A program made the position numbers and the translations under genes. Positions 1-12,200 of a stretch of DNA of 34,046 bases are shown here, in pieces. Source of the DNA: Mesotaenium endlicherianum. Its lineage: Eukaryota. The stretch spans positions 237,607 to 271,652 of the forward strand of contig WELA01002438.1 in the NCBI GenBank assembly GCA_009602735.1, written 5' to 3'. A model generated the notes under the pieces. It made no database searches and was not told the DNA's origin. It saw only the letters and a program-made list of their open reading frames with translations. Position 1 is the stretch's first letter. Every line of letters begins with the position of its first letter.

Positions 1-929
1 CCCCCCCATCACCACCTAACATAAAATAAAGTACTTCGGCTTCCTTCTCCGGCAGTTGAGGTGAGGATCTGAGGCATGTGTTCAGACGGCCCAAAGCGGG
101 GCAATGGGCGGGGAGGGCAGAGGGCAAAGAGGGCCACAGGAGGCCATTGAGGATCAGGCGGAGGAGAGGAGAAGGGCGGAGAAGGGGAAGCAGGGGGCAC
201 TCAGAGGAGTGCATGTGCTTGCGTGTGTCGTTCAGCCAAGTAGGTGGCAAACTCCTGTCGCGCAGTTGGTTGGCAGCTTGTGTGGTGGGCAGGATGAGCG
301 CCAGTTGGCGTTGCCTGGTAGCGCTGCTTCCCTGGAGACGTTCTGAAGCAAAAGCAGCAGCGTGGACAGAAGTGACAGCAACAGTGTAGGCAGACGACAA
401 GACAGCCACCGTTTGGTCAGATGCGGTGGCAGCAGTGTTGCCGTCAGAAGTAGGCAACAGTGTGTGTCTCTCATTCTGCTGCTGCCTATGTGCTGTGCAG
501 CACGAGGGCTATGGGGGGGGCTCTGCTGCCTGCCAGGGGCTTCGCTGCTACGGCTGCGAAATGCCACGGGGTTGTTGGCTCTCAATCCCGGTGCTTTGTG
601 TCGTGCTGGGCTCAGCGCTGCATGTAGTGGAAGCGCACACGCGCTCTCACGCTAAGTGCTGACTCACTTGGTGGTTCTCTTGGAGCTTCTTGCTGTCTGC
701 CCGTGCAGAACCACGCAATAGGAAGCGCAGGGTGCTTGCTTGATTGCTGACTCGCTGGCTCGCTCGCTCGCTCGCTTGCATGCACTCGTATCTGAGATTG
801 TTTGTTTGCATGTGTGTCTTGGCGCGTGTCTGCTGAGCTTCCATCTGGATGTGAGAAGCAGGAGGGGAGCTGACAGGTGGGTTCATCTGCCTCTTAACTT
901 GTAACTTCCGTTCATCTTCTTCCTTGCAG

Positions 930-1082
930 GACATTTTTGAATGGCTGGATGCGAGGTGCACCGTACATGCCGGCGCGGGTGAGGCTGCTGCTGGTGTTGC
1001 AGCGAGTGCGACACCTGTGCAAGAGGGCGGAGCGGCCGACGGCAACGGCGACGATGCCACCAAGCTGCCCTCTGCGCTGTGA
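930..1082 (+). CDS. Terminal exon of an upstream gene, probably an alpha/beta-hydrolase (monoacylglycerol lipase / caffeoylshikimate esterase-like); rest of gene lies outside the window
   Basis: Pyrimidine-rich acceptor (ttcatcttcttccttgcag|930), then an open frame DIFEWLDARCTVHAG...KLPSAL-TGA (1080-1082). DIxxWLDxR resembles the last helix of Hydrolase_4-type lipases. AT-rich 3' UTR-like sequence follows. The family call rests on about 9 residues. Confidence 0.55.
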   Translation, partial: DIFEWLDARCTVHAGAGEAAAGVAASATPVQEGGAADGNGDDATKLPSAL

Positions 1083-1808
1083 TTGGCCCATCTCCTGTGG
1101 GGGGCTTCCATCTCCAGGCCCTGCGTCCCTCTTGACCTCTGGCGCTTGAAGGGCTGTGGCGCATGAAGGAGGAGCAGGTGCAGGGACTTGCAATTCACTT
1201 CTCGCTGATTGAGGGTATTAGAAAAGGAGGGGGGTTTTGCATGATGCTATTATAGCTAAGCTCGGAAGAGCTCTTTCATATTGAATTATTAATCGTGTGG
1301 AAAGGGTGGCATGCACCATGACAGCATGTCGTATATAAGAATAGGCGCAAGGATAGCCGCAGTCAGTGTATAGTTAGAGTCTTTATTTGCGCTGCTAGCT
1401 GCTCGTGCAGCGTATATGTGACTGCCACTTGGGCATTGCCCGAGAGCGCATGACGGGGTCGTACAACTTATGTAGGTTGTTTATTCAAGTCTTTAAGTCA
1501 CTCAGCAGTTTGGGCAAAGTTAATAAGATTTGTGGTGGGACTATATTCCAGCGCAACTATGCAATAAATACTTTGAAATTTGAAGCTGTTTTATTTTGCC
1601 TAGAGTGTGTACAGTCAATTCCTCATCACTTCCCCCCGGCCTGTTCTATTGCGTGATGGATCACCTATATATTTCCTTATTACTATAGTGGATTGTACTG
1701 GCCATTTAAAGCGCCTGTCAAAATTGGTGCTCAGTATTCATTGAAGAACCCAAGTACCCGAGTATTCCTGAGAAGTGTGGCCATGTTAATTATATCCTGA
1801 AATTCAAG

Positions 1809-2120
1809 AGCGGGTCTGATATGTCTGGGTTGTCACCAGTAGGGTAAGATGGCTCACTCTATAAGATGGCTCACTTCATCCCCTGCACGGAGAAGTGGAC
1901 GGCTGAGGACAAAGCACGGGCCTACTTTCAACACCATATATAGGCTTCATGGGATCGATCCTCAAGATGATCGTATCCGACCAAAACAATAAGGTCACCA
2001 GTAGGTTCCGGCAGGCGGTAAGATGTGTGGTACACATGTTGACGGCCGTCCGCCCCTAGACAGACATTCAGACCGAGGGGTTGAATGGGACACCGCAGGA
2101 AGTTCTGAAGAAATGTGAGC
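1809..2120 (+). mobile_element. Degenerate Ty3/Gypsy LTR-retrotransposon integrase core (rve) fragment
   Basis: Translation across frameshifts gives SGSD..VWVVTSR..KMAHFIPCTEKWTAEDKARAYF/NTIYRLHGI/LKMIVSDQNNKVTSRFRQAV...MLTAVRP*TDIQTEGLNGTPQEVLK. This matches the Gypsy integrase pattern KMAHFIP...LHGxPxxIVSDRD..FTSxFW...STAxHPQTDGQTE. It has frameshifts, one stop and a 14-bp tandem duplication (taagatggctcact). Confidence 0.85.
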
Positions 2121-2882
2121 ACTCACTTTTGCTACTGTTGTCCATAAATAATGTTATAAGAGCGTATTGTAACAAATGAAGAAGCTAAAATTTCGACGAG
2201 GCAAGCATACATGAACTATATGTGGCTTGTAATTAATTTATGGTCATATAATAGTCATCATCGATTCCGTATACTGCAGGCTATATGTCTTGAGAATGGA
2301 TCCATGCATCTGATACTGATAATAGCTAGTAACGAAACAGAACAAGAAACGGATGCTGCAGCTTCAGGCTACTAACTCTATGTAAAGAATGAGGTGACAT
2401 CGTACAACTGCGTTCCTTATCACATTGGATTGTCATTCTATATAAAGGAGGTCCCGATTGCGCTTCAGCGAATGTTTTGATGCACAGTGGTGTCCTCGGG
2501 ACACTTTATTTTCTTGAGATGACAACAGGCATCAAGGGCCATTCGTAATTTACCCAAAGGGATGACATGTCTCGCATGTCAAAGCAAGCAACACGGCTGA
2601 ATGCGACGGCAAATCTATGCACGCAGCCTCAGCACTCTTTTGATCAATCAGTGGCGCATTGACCGCTACTTCATCTGTGCAACGTCAAGTCTGCAACCCC
2701 TCCCTAGTGCTAGGTAATGCAACAGCTAAAAGCTCAGGCTCAGGCCTCTCCTAGAAGGCCAGGTCGCCTCGAGAAGCACTTTCACGTAATAATTTATCGC
2801 CCTGGCAGTAAATAAAAAAATCTATCAGTGCAGGAAGCAGAGGAAACGAGCCTAAGCTGAGCCAGTCATCAAGCATGCTGTG

Positions 2883-5800
2883 CTAATTCCTACTGTCGTC
2901 TAAAGGAGGGCTGCTGCTGTCAACAGAGGAGAATAGCTGCTGGGCTGCCGCGACGTCCAATCCCAGCATATGCGCTATCTCCTCCTCCTGCAAGTCACAA
3001 GCACAGACAACGGCCATGTCCCCTGATCTGACTTGCCTCAACTTGCATGCACCTGCATGTGGTACGCCACCAAGAGGACCACAAGCGCCAGCTCTGCTAA
3101 CCAGCCCCATGTTAGGGGCAAGTGCCAGATGGCGCTCGAGATGGCGCTCTCTGGGCTTGTGAAGTACGACAAGATGGGGTTGAGAGAGAAGCTTGCCCCG
3201 CAGCTTGACCTCTACGCTGTCGCAAATGCTTCAAGCGCAGCCCCCTTAGTGGCATCCATAATTCTGATATGAAGACCTCAGTCAGCCCTGCAGGGCTTCT
3301 TCTTTGTCAGTTGTTTTCTTTTGTCTTTCATTGCATGCATTGAACCCATCTAAACCTGAAACCAGACATCCAGAGGGTTTTGATCTTCTCATGCCAATTT
3401 TGTACTCGTAGACTATAATGTATTTTGGGTAAACTCAGTGGAGACCACATATGCCCGCTGAAATGCGCCAGCTCATCACAAAATTGCGTCCCCTAGTTTG
3501 GTGCAGATGCAAAAATGAAGCGGCCATTCTCAGAACCTCAAACAGTTCTTACTTGAGTCGAGCGTGTCAGGAACTGACAGGCATTATGCGCCTGCCCCTC
3601 ACAATACTGACTTCTTAAGAAAGACTCAGCATCCCCGGCTACATCAGTATCTCGAATCCACTGCCGGAGGCAATATGGTGGTCTGCCTTCAATAAGAGCA
3701 TTGCCTAATTGGGCGTGGCCAATTGTGGGCGTGACATGCTCTGATGGGGTCAATGATGACGCCTGAGTTCCGCTACTGGCACGCAACTTGCCAACCCCTC
3801 TGACTCTTCATGCTCATGAGACGGCTGGATGTGTCGAGTTCCCATGCATGGACAACAAGTGACACCATACATGCCTCTAAACAACGACTTTTGCGTGGCA
3901 TGAACTGTCTTCTCATATCTCGCCAGGTTGCAGGCGAAAGACGCCGCAGAACAACATCAGAACAAACCAAGAACAAGGAAAAAAGCCGCGGCAAACGCAA
4001 ACACGCACACAAAGCCAAAGAAGGCATTATGGGTACGACGAGGAAGGGGTAAAAATGGCCCCCCACCCTGCTCTGTTGATCTGACAGGTGGAGCCCCGTG
4101 GTCTCCATGCGCCCGTCCGTGGCGCTCCTCTTGGCCACCTTCACATGCCGGTCGGCAAACACCGCTACCTGTCACGCACCCCGCTCCGCCCGCCCAGCCA
4201 GTCTGAGACTCCATCGCGCGCGCACACTTGCCGTGACTCGGCGCTCGTTCCCACGACTCCCCCAGGGAGGGGGCCTGACGCTGCCAGGCAGCAAATTGCA
4301 TAGCCACTGGGCGCACCCAAGGTGCAACAAACGGAGCGCGGGATTTGAAGCAAAAGAACGCCGCTGCCGCTGTGCTTGCGCCTGCGGCTGCGGCTTTACC
4401 TGCAGGTCAGAGCTATCTGCCCACCCACGACTGGCCGCCCGGCCAGCACGCTCTCAGACCCACACGGTGCCTGTGGCATCGAGACTGAGAGCTGAAACCG
4501 ACGCGGGAGTGTCTGAGGGTTGGCCACGGGCTCAGCAGGGGGGGTGCCAGGCAGTCGGCATAGTGGGCATGGCGAGTGCAGCGCATGCATGCCGACGCCG
4601 CAGCCAGGGCTATCCCTGCCAGGCAGGCATCCAAACGCTGAACACTTGAGCAAGCGAGCGCTGCGTGCGACCTGTGTGTGTGCACATTCCATTTCCTCGT
4701 CCTCGGCGTGTGGGTGCCCTGACTGGAGGGCTTAAAATAGCCAGCCCCACAGCAAGAGAGGCGAGGCACAAGCTTGCGGCAGAGGGAGAGCGGAAGGACA
4801 GAGGGCATACCTGGGGAAGGTGCGTCACGCACAAGACCTGCCATAAGAACATCGAGAGAGAGAGACGTATGACACAGGCTCAGCAGCAACTCGAATTTGA
4901 GTCCTCATCTCAGTTGACATCCTTGCAGCAAGCTGGCTCCAAAATTGAATTCAGCGCCAACTGGTGGCAGGGCACCAACTGCAACGACAGCTGGCACCAG
5001 AGGGACTGGTTAGTGACAGGCAGCGGAAAGCGGGACGGCAGCTGAGCTGGCAGCCTCAGCGGACGCAAATGCAGACAGGGAGCTGAGCAGGAGGTGCGGC
5101 GCCAGCTGGTAGGGCAGACAGCTGGCACCCGAGGCTACGGTCAGAGCAGACACAGCCACCCATCGACGTGCTAGGACAAACAAACAGGCAGAGCACAACA
5201 ACGACAAGAGGAGCATGCAGCGATGCTATTGGCCAAAAGAAACTTCACCTGGAGCCCGGACGACGCCAGCTGGCGGAGCGACGAGCCGACCGCACGGCCA
5301 ATGGGGCCGCCCACCCCCGTGTCCACCTCGTCAAAGACGCAGACAGGTGTCCCTCCCTCGGCAGCTCTCGGCACAGACTTCAGCGCTGCAGCAGCATGCA
5401 GGTGATGCATGGGCTTGTGAGAGGCGGGCTGCTGGTCTCATGCGAGAGGCGCACGCGTGTGGAAGAGGACCCCTCACACAGATTGCAGCGGGCAGGCAGG
5501 CAGGCAGGTAAGAGAAAGCGTTACCCAGCCCCTTCAGTCACAAACGAGCTCCTCTCAGAGCCACATGTCCTGCCGGCCAGCTAGACAGCCAGCTAGGCAG
5601 ACAGCGAGGCAGGCAGCCTGTCTGCCTGCTTGCACTGCCTCTTCGTTTCTGACCTCCCCCCCCACGTACTGCCGCCCGCCTAGACTGTGGGCCTGTCCTA
5701 TAACCCACACCCCTGGGGTCAACTTCAGAATTCAAACCTAGAGCATGAGCGACGAGCTCTTAGACCCGAAGGAATGACCCGAGCTGGACACAGTAAGCAC

Positions 5801-8800
5801 AGAGACCCTTGAATGACGCAGACCCCTGGAATGCCAACAGGGCTGCCTCCTCCACCTTCCACAAAGGAGAGAAACCGGGGCAAGCCCCGCGCCCTCCTCT
5901 CTGCGCCCCTGGAGAACTTTGATGACGCCACGAGAGGAGCGGAGCAAGAGAGGACACGCACCGAGCATGACGCGAGCGCACTCGCCGCCCGACGCCACCT
6001 GCGACAGCGGCAGCAGGGGCTCGCCCGCATTTGCCGCCAGCCGGAATAGCACCTGCTTGGGAGAGGAGAGATCAGGATCAAGGCGCCAGCACGCACGCAG
6101 CACAAGCCAGCTGTCCAGGCCGAAGAAGGCTGCCCGCACTTCCATCCCTCCGGGACCCTCCCACCCTTCCACCCTGCCACCCTGCCATCTTCCCGCGGCC
6201 TGTCCCATGCAACCCCTGCCTCTCACCATCCCGCAGTCATTTCCCCCCCCCACCCCCCCCACCCNCTCTCACCCCAAGTCTCGCCCGTAGGCTCCTTACA
6301 GCACCTGCAATTTCACTGCCTCCCTCTGACAAGACCACAGAGCCCGAGCTTGTTGCGACTGCATGATGCAGGTTGCCAGCTGGAACAGCTCCCACGGCAC
6401 AGCCTGCCAGTCACGTGCTGCCACCTGGCAGCGCACATCTCCCAGGCAGATGTGACACACTCGTAGCACCGTCCAGCGGCCGCTGCTGCTGCCGCTGCAG
6501 TGTTGTCGAGTAAACTCCACAAATGCCGCAATCTGAGCTGCCTTCTGTGGGTCTTTCCAAGAGCAGGACAGCATGCAGCACTAGCACTCCTCCCTAACTG
6601 CCAACTGGCTGAGGGCTCCCGCTCGTCGCCAAGTGGCTGATGGGCCTACGGCAGCACACAGTAAGCTGCCAACTTTTCGCGTGCAACAACTGCCACGCAC
6701 ATAATCTTGCCTCTCGGACAAAAGAGAGAGACCAGGCGGGGAAGAGAGCGCTCCCCTGCCAGCTCTATGGCTCAGCCTGCACCCGCACCCGCGCCGGTGC
6801 GCCCGTACTTTTCCGCGTTGCATGAGTGCCTATTTTGCTACTTCTACAGGATAAACCCAAAATGAGCAAGCACTCCCACACAGGCCCACGGCAGGAACAA
6901 CACCGGACAAGCGCACATACCCCCAGAGGCTCCACTCTAACCTTGTCCATGCTGGAATCGCATGCAGGATAGAGCTCGCACGTGCTCTGCAAGGATGAGC
7001 GTGAGAAGGGTGAGGAGCGTGAGGAGCATGAAGAGCAGGGCTGGAGGACACGGGACAGGGCTTAGGGTTGGGGAGCAGAGCCCCTTCCTCGTCCCCTTCC
7101 CCGTCTCCGTCCCCGCGCATGCGCTCGTACCTTGTCCATGCCTGACGCCCCGATCTGGTGGAAGGCCGCGCCATCCTCCCCCGCCGCGCGCGCGTGGGGC
7201 GTCCTCAGCAGGCCCTCCTCCACCAGCAGGAGGGGGGCCGTCGATCTCCCCCCACCCCCCCCGCCCCTGCCTGACGAGCGCCCACTCCTGTCGTCCCGCT
7301 CGTCCAGATCTCCCTCGTCGTCTTCCTCCTCGCTCTCATCCTCCTCCTCTTCTTCCTTCCCCTCGTCCCCGCCCTCTTCCTCATACTCCTCGCTTTCATG
7401 CAGCTTCGTTAGGTGTCCCGCCCTTAGGGTGCCCGCGGGACGTCTGTGGGTGTCTGGGGTATGCTGTCGGGATGCGGAGGAGCTGCCGTAGTGTCGGTGG
7501 AGAGAGAGAGAGGCGGGAGATGGGGTAGCCCTTTGCTGCAGGATGTGAGAATAAGGAGTGAGCCAAAGAGCAGCACAAGCAGGGGGCACAACAGCGTCTT
7601 TGTCAGAGAGGGAGAGAGAGGGCGGAGAAGAAGAGCTCAGGCAGCGGGCCTTGCAGAGCACTTCAATGTGCGCATGCAGGTGCGTGCGCGAGCGTACGTG
7701 TGTGTGCGTGTGTGTGTGTGTGTGTCCCATTGTGTGAATGAGAAAATGTGAGCTTGTGCGTGCGTGTTGCGGACGTTCTGTTTTCAACTTTTTGGGGCGG
7801 GACGGGTGGTGGTAGTGTGGTGGTAGTGGCGGTGGTGGTAATGGCGACGGGAAAAAAGAAACGTTCATAAGAAAGCACGGGAATGTGTGCACGGAGCAGC
7901 AGCATGCTGACGTTCTAGGCATCACAAAGGAAAGGAAGCAAGGACCCTAAGCCCTACACCTGGAGCCCTAAACCTTAGCCCCGTCAGAAGTTTGCTGACG
8001 TGTCAGGCATCAGGCGAAAGGAAGCAAGGCCTCTGCAGGGGCCGACAACAAATGTGGGTCATGACGGCAAAAGTCCACATCATCCTCGCCCATATCAGGC
8101 GCGCACGCACCCAGGACACGTCGATCTCGAAGCGGGTGCTGGCCATTGCCAGCTGGCGCAGCGCCGCCTCCACGGCCGAGCGCAGCTGCAGGGCCGCCAC
8201 GCGGCGCCGCCTGCTCAGCTCGGCCCCGAGCGCGCCGAGATCCTCCGCCACCTGGCGGAGCTCGGCAGCCACTCGCTCCATCCTTTCCTCGATGTCGTCT
8301 GCCGCACGACGCACAGCAGACGCACGTTGGGCTTAAGTTATGCACGCACCCTAGCTAGCCAGGAAGATGCACCCCTGGCTCCCTGGGCGAGCAGCAGGGC
8401 CTCGACAGGTGTCTCAAAATACGGATTGGAGCCCAACCGGCACCAGAAGCCATGCAAAGACAACTGTATCGGCATCTGAAGAAGCCGAGACCATGGTTTT
8501 TAGCAGGCACGCTGGGAAGGAGGCCGCAGGGAAAGCGCCCCAGCGAGATGAGGAACTGGGAGATGGGAGCCGGCAGCATGGACTTGCTGACAACGCTGAG
8601 CGGTCAGTGCATCTGTATGGTGCAAGTTTTGAGCCTTCTCTTGTGGGTTACCCATACTATGTTTCCTTTTTTCCCATACTCAAGGAGCCAGGGGGCGGCA
8701 GCAGAGTGCGCTTGATTCGCCTGCAAGTCGGCATACTGTGCACCCGCGCCCCAGCCAGCTCTGCGGGGGAGAGACGTCCTCCATGCAGATGCGGGCAGTC

Positions 8801-9257
8801 AACAGAGCAAGCGCACGCTCAAACGCTCAACGTACAAAAAGAGATACAAATAGCGCACTTTGCTCTGTCCAGCGGTTTGCGGCCGAGACGATGGGAGGCA
8901 ACAAGCGGAGGAGAGCACAACGGTCCAATTCGGAAGCGCGATTGAGCAGAGAAGAGGCCCGCTCCAAGGAGAGAAGAGCCTGGCCCTGTCGTCCCTTTCA
9001 CGTTCCAAGAGGCAGCAAGGCCGGCCAAGAGGTGCCCGCCTCAAGCCAGGGAGAGAGGCGTACCGGCGGAGTTGAGGGCCTCCCAGGCTTCGCGGGCGCG
9101 CTCCAGCAGCTCATCGTCCGAGCGCGCGCTGTGCTTCCTCCTCACCCTCTCTATCTGCCGGAAGCGCACGCGAGTGAGGATACACACACGCGTGCACATG
9201 CACACGCATAGACACAGACACGCATGCACACACACACACACACACACATACACGCAC

Positions 9258-9298
<41 letters not shown>

Positions 9299-12200
9299 GC
9301 GCGCGCAAAGGCACGCTTCCGGGAGCACACATGCATACCCACACAAATGTGTAAATAAACACTCAAACGCACATACACATGCACGGACACGCTTCTTCCT
9401 CACCCTCTCTATCTGTCGGAGACACACAGGGTGGAACACAAACACACACACACTCACACGCACACGCACTCCCACGCACGCACATTTACACATCCACACA
9501 AAGGTACAGAAAAGAGAGGGAAAGAAAACACAAAGGCCGCCACACATACGTATACTCACACGCACAGAAAGGAAGTGCTTGCTCGCAAGAACTGGCACGT
9601 GCGCCGTGCACAGACACGCAAGGGGAGCCAGCCGGGAGTGAGCGCAAAAGGGGGCGACGGCAGCAGTGCTGAGTGTGCGCGGGCACACCTGGCGCAGCCT
9701 CTGCTTGAGCTCCTGAATGCGCTGCTCCGAGAACTCCAGCTCGCTGGCGTACAGCTCCACGCATCCGCCCTGCTCCCCCCTCCGTCCGAGCAAGCTCACG
9801 GTGCTCTCACGCAAGTGCCCGCAAATCCGCCGCTCGCGTGCACATCACGCGTGTGCCTGTGAGCTTTGCGGGCCGATGGCATCTGTTGCAAGGACCTGCC
9901 TACAGGGCCGGTGAGGCTGAGCCGAGGTGCCGCACGCGCGACGTGTGGGTCACACGGGCGTGGACAGCAGTTTGCAAAGACTCACATGCGCGCAGCTTGG
10001 TTGGTTGGCGGTGAACATATACTTGGAGGCCCATCGTGCAGGACGCACGTGCGCACGCGCGCCCCACACTCTTGTATGCATAGGTAGGTCAGTGTGGTCC
10101 AAATCTCTCTGTACTACATGGTCATGGATGCCGTGTGATGACAGCACGCACGTGATCGAGGCTGATTCAACGTGGACAGGGGAGAGGGCGGAGGAGAAAA
10201 AAAGGGAGCAGAGAGCAAGGAGCAGACAAAGAGAGCAGACAGGACCAGGGAGAGCAGAGGACAGAGAGGAGAGCGGAGAGAGAGCAGAGAGGAGAGAAGG
10301 TAGCAGAGAGAGCAGAGCAGAGAGAGCAGGAAGAAGCGAGACGAGAGAGAGAAGAGAGCAACGGGGAGGGGAGGGGGGGAGCGCAACGCACAGCATCGCG
10401 CAGCAGCTTCTCGGCCTCCGCCACCAGCGCAATTGCGGATCCAACCTCTGACGCACTGTGCCGCCCGGCTCCCCTGGCAGAGCCGTTGGCTCCCTCGGAG
10501 TTCGAGACGCCGGAGGAGGCCCCCTCGTCCTCCAGCTCCTCCTCCAGGCTCTGCAGCTCCCTCAGGATCGCGCGCAGCCGCCCAAACAGGCTGGGGTCAG
10601 ACAGGTGTCCGCCACTCCTCGAGGAGGAGACGCCGCCGCCGCTGCCGCCGCTTGTGCCCTTCTCGGACATCAGGCTGTGCACGCGGCGACACCTGTCGGT
10701 GGCCGCCTGGGCCCTCTCCTGCGCGACACGGCACGCGCGCGATAGCACAGCAACGAGGCACAGAAATGAGAATGCGGGCTTGTCTTGAAGCTTCCTGGGA
10801 ATGTCTGAGTGGCGTGCCAGTGGAAACGCTTTGTGATGATGCAGAGCCCCGATGCAAGCACAAGTTGTGGCCCCAATCGAGCACGCACCGGTGCACGCGC
10901 TTACCTGGTCGCGCAGCTCCAGGCGCAGGGCGGCGCTCTCGCCCTCCTGCAGCCCCAGCACCTCCACCTCATCCACCTGCCCCCCCCCGCCGGCGCCAGC
11001 AGCACATTGCCAACGAGCTCAGCACCGCACAGGACCGCCACCGGCGGAGATCAGCACGCAGGCTTAGGCAGGCTGCAAAGGCGGGATCGAGCAGAGCCCC
11101 GTGGGTCGCTACGCACAGGGCAGGCAGGGGCCAGCAGGACGGCTGCTGGCTGCATAGAGCGTGCTGAGAGGATGCAACCGGGGCTTCCGAAGCGTCTGGG
11201 AGCCTCGCCACACGGCACAGGCGGGGGGGAGCAGTACGCTGGGGGGCGCGGGGGGGAGGATTTGGGCTCTTGGGGTTCTAGGGTTGAGGAATTCTGAAAG
11301 GCAGATGCACAAAGAGCGCCCGCCTCGGCTGCTGGCTAGATGAGATGCAATCGGGGGCCCAAAGTGTCACCACACAATGCAGGTGGGAACGAGCAGCCTG
11401 CGGAGGGCAGGAACTAGGGTTTTAGAACGCTAGGATTTCAAGGTTCCAGGGTTCTAGGACTTTAAGGCCTTGGGGTGTGGGTAAGGCATGTGCGCAACGA
11501 GGGCCTGCGGCACTTGGGCGGGGGGNAGTAATGAGAAGCAAGTGCTCCTGAGTGTCATGCAAAGGTGGGCTTTCCTCCGGTGAAGGGGGTGTGCGTGTTG
11601 GGGTGCCGTAACGCGAAGCAGCAGGAGAGGAGGGAAGGCGGGTGGAGTGCAACATACATAAGGAGGGGCAGCTTCTAGAAGTGACGCAGAAGTCCCAGGA
11701 GGAGACGGAGCAAGGACAGGGGCGGACACGATAGCAAGGAACCACAGCACAGCCTGCGTGCAGGAGCAGAGCAGGCGGGAAACAGCGGGCGAGCAGGCGG
11801 GCAGGCAGGCAGGCGGGCGGGCTACAGAAATCTCTTCCGCAAAGTACGAGTGAGATAGACAGATGCCACAGGAAATGCAGAGCCCCATCACGGGGAGAGA
11901 CAAACAAATCAGCCACAGCTCCTAGGGACTTCCAGAAGCCCATTTTGCAGGGGGGTTGGGGTGCAGGTTTCCTCGGACGTGCGTTCGTCCACTCCATGCA
12001 CTCAGAGTATCAAGTCAGTGACTGAAGAAGGAGGGAGTGGTGTGGCTCCATCCCTTAGCAAGAGGCGCTTGCGTGCTTTGCAAACCCTAACCCTTCGTCA
12101 ATTACTGAGGGGNNNNNNNNNNNNNNNNNNNNNNNNNNNNNNNNNNNNNNNNNNNNNNNNNNNNNNNNNNNNNNNNNNNNNNNNNNNNNNNNNNNNNNNN

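Noticed and set aside
255..310. Loose inverted similarity to 6625-6675 (gttggcagctt…gccaNttggcg)
   Set aside because: Short and gapped; cannot be told apart from chance without a genome-wide search.
3538..3786. 82-aa minus-strand ORF in the last RecN intron
   Set aside because: No RecN or transposon motif; exons 4168-4067 and 2987-2883 already join into the canonical RecN C-terminus.
8367..8945. 192-aa plus-strand ORF antisense within RecN intron 9
   Set aside because: No recognisable motif; ORFs of this length are common by chance at this GC content.
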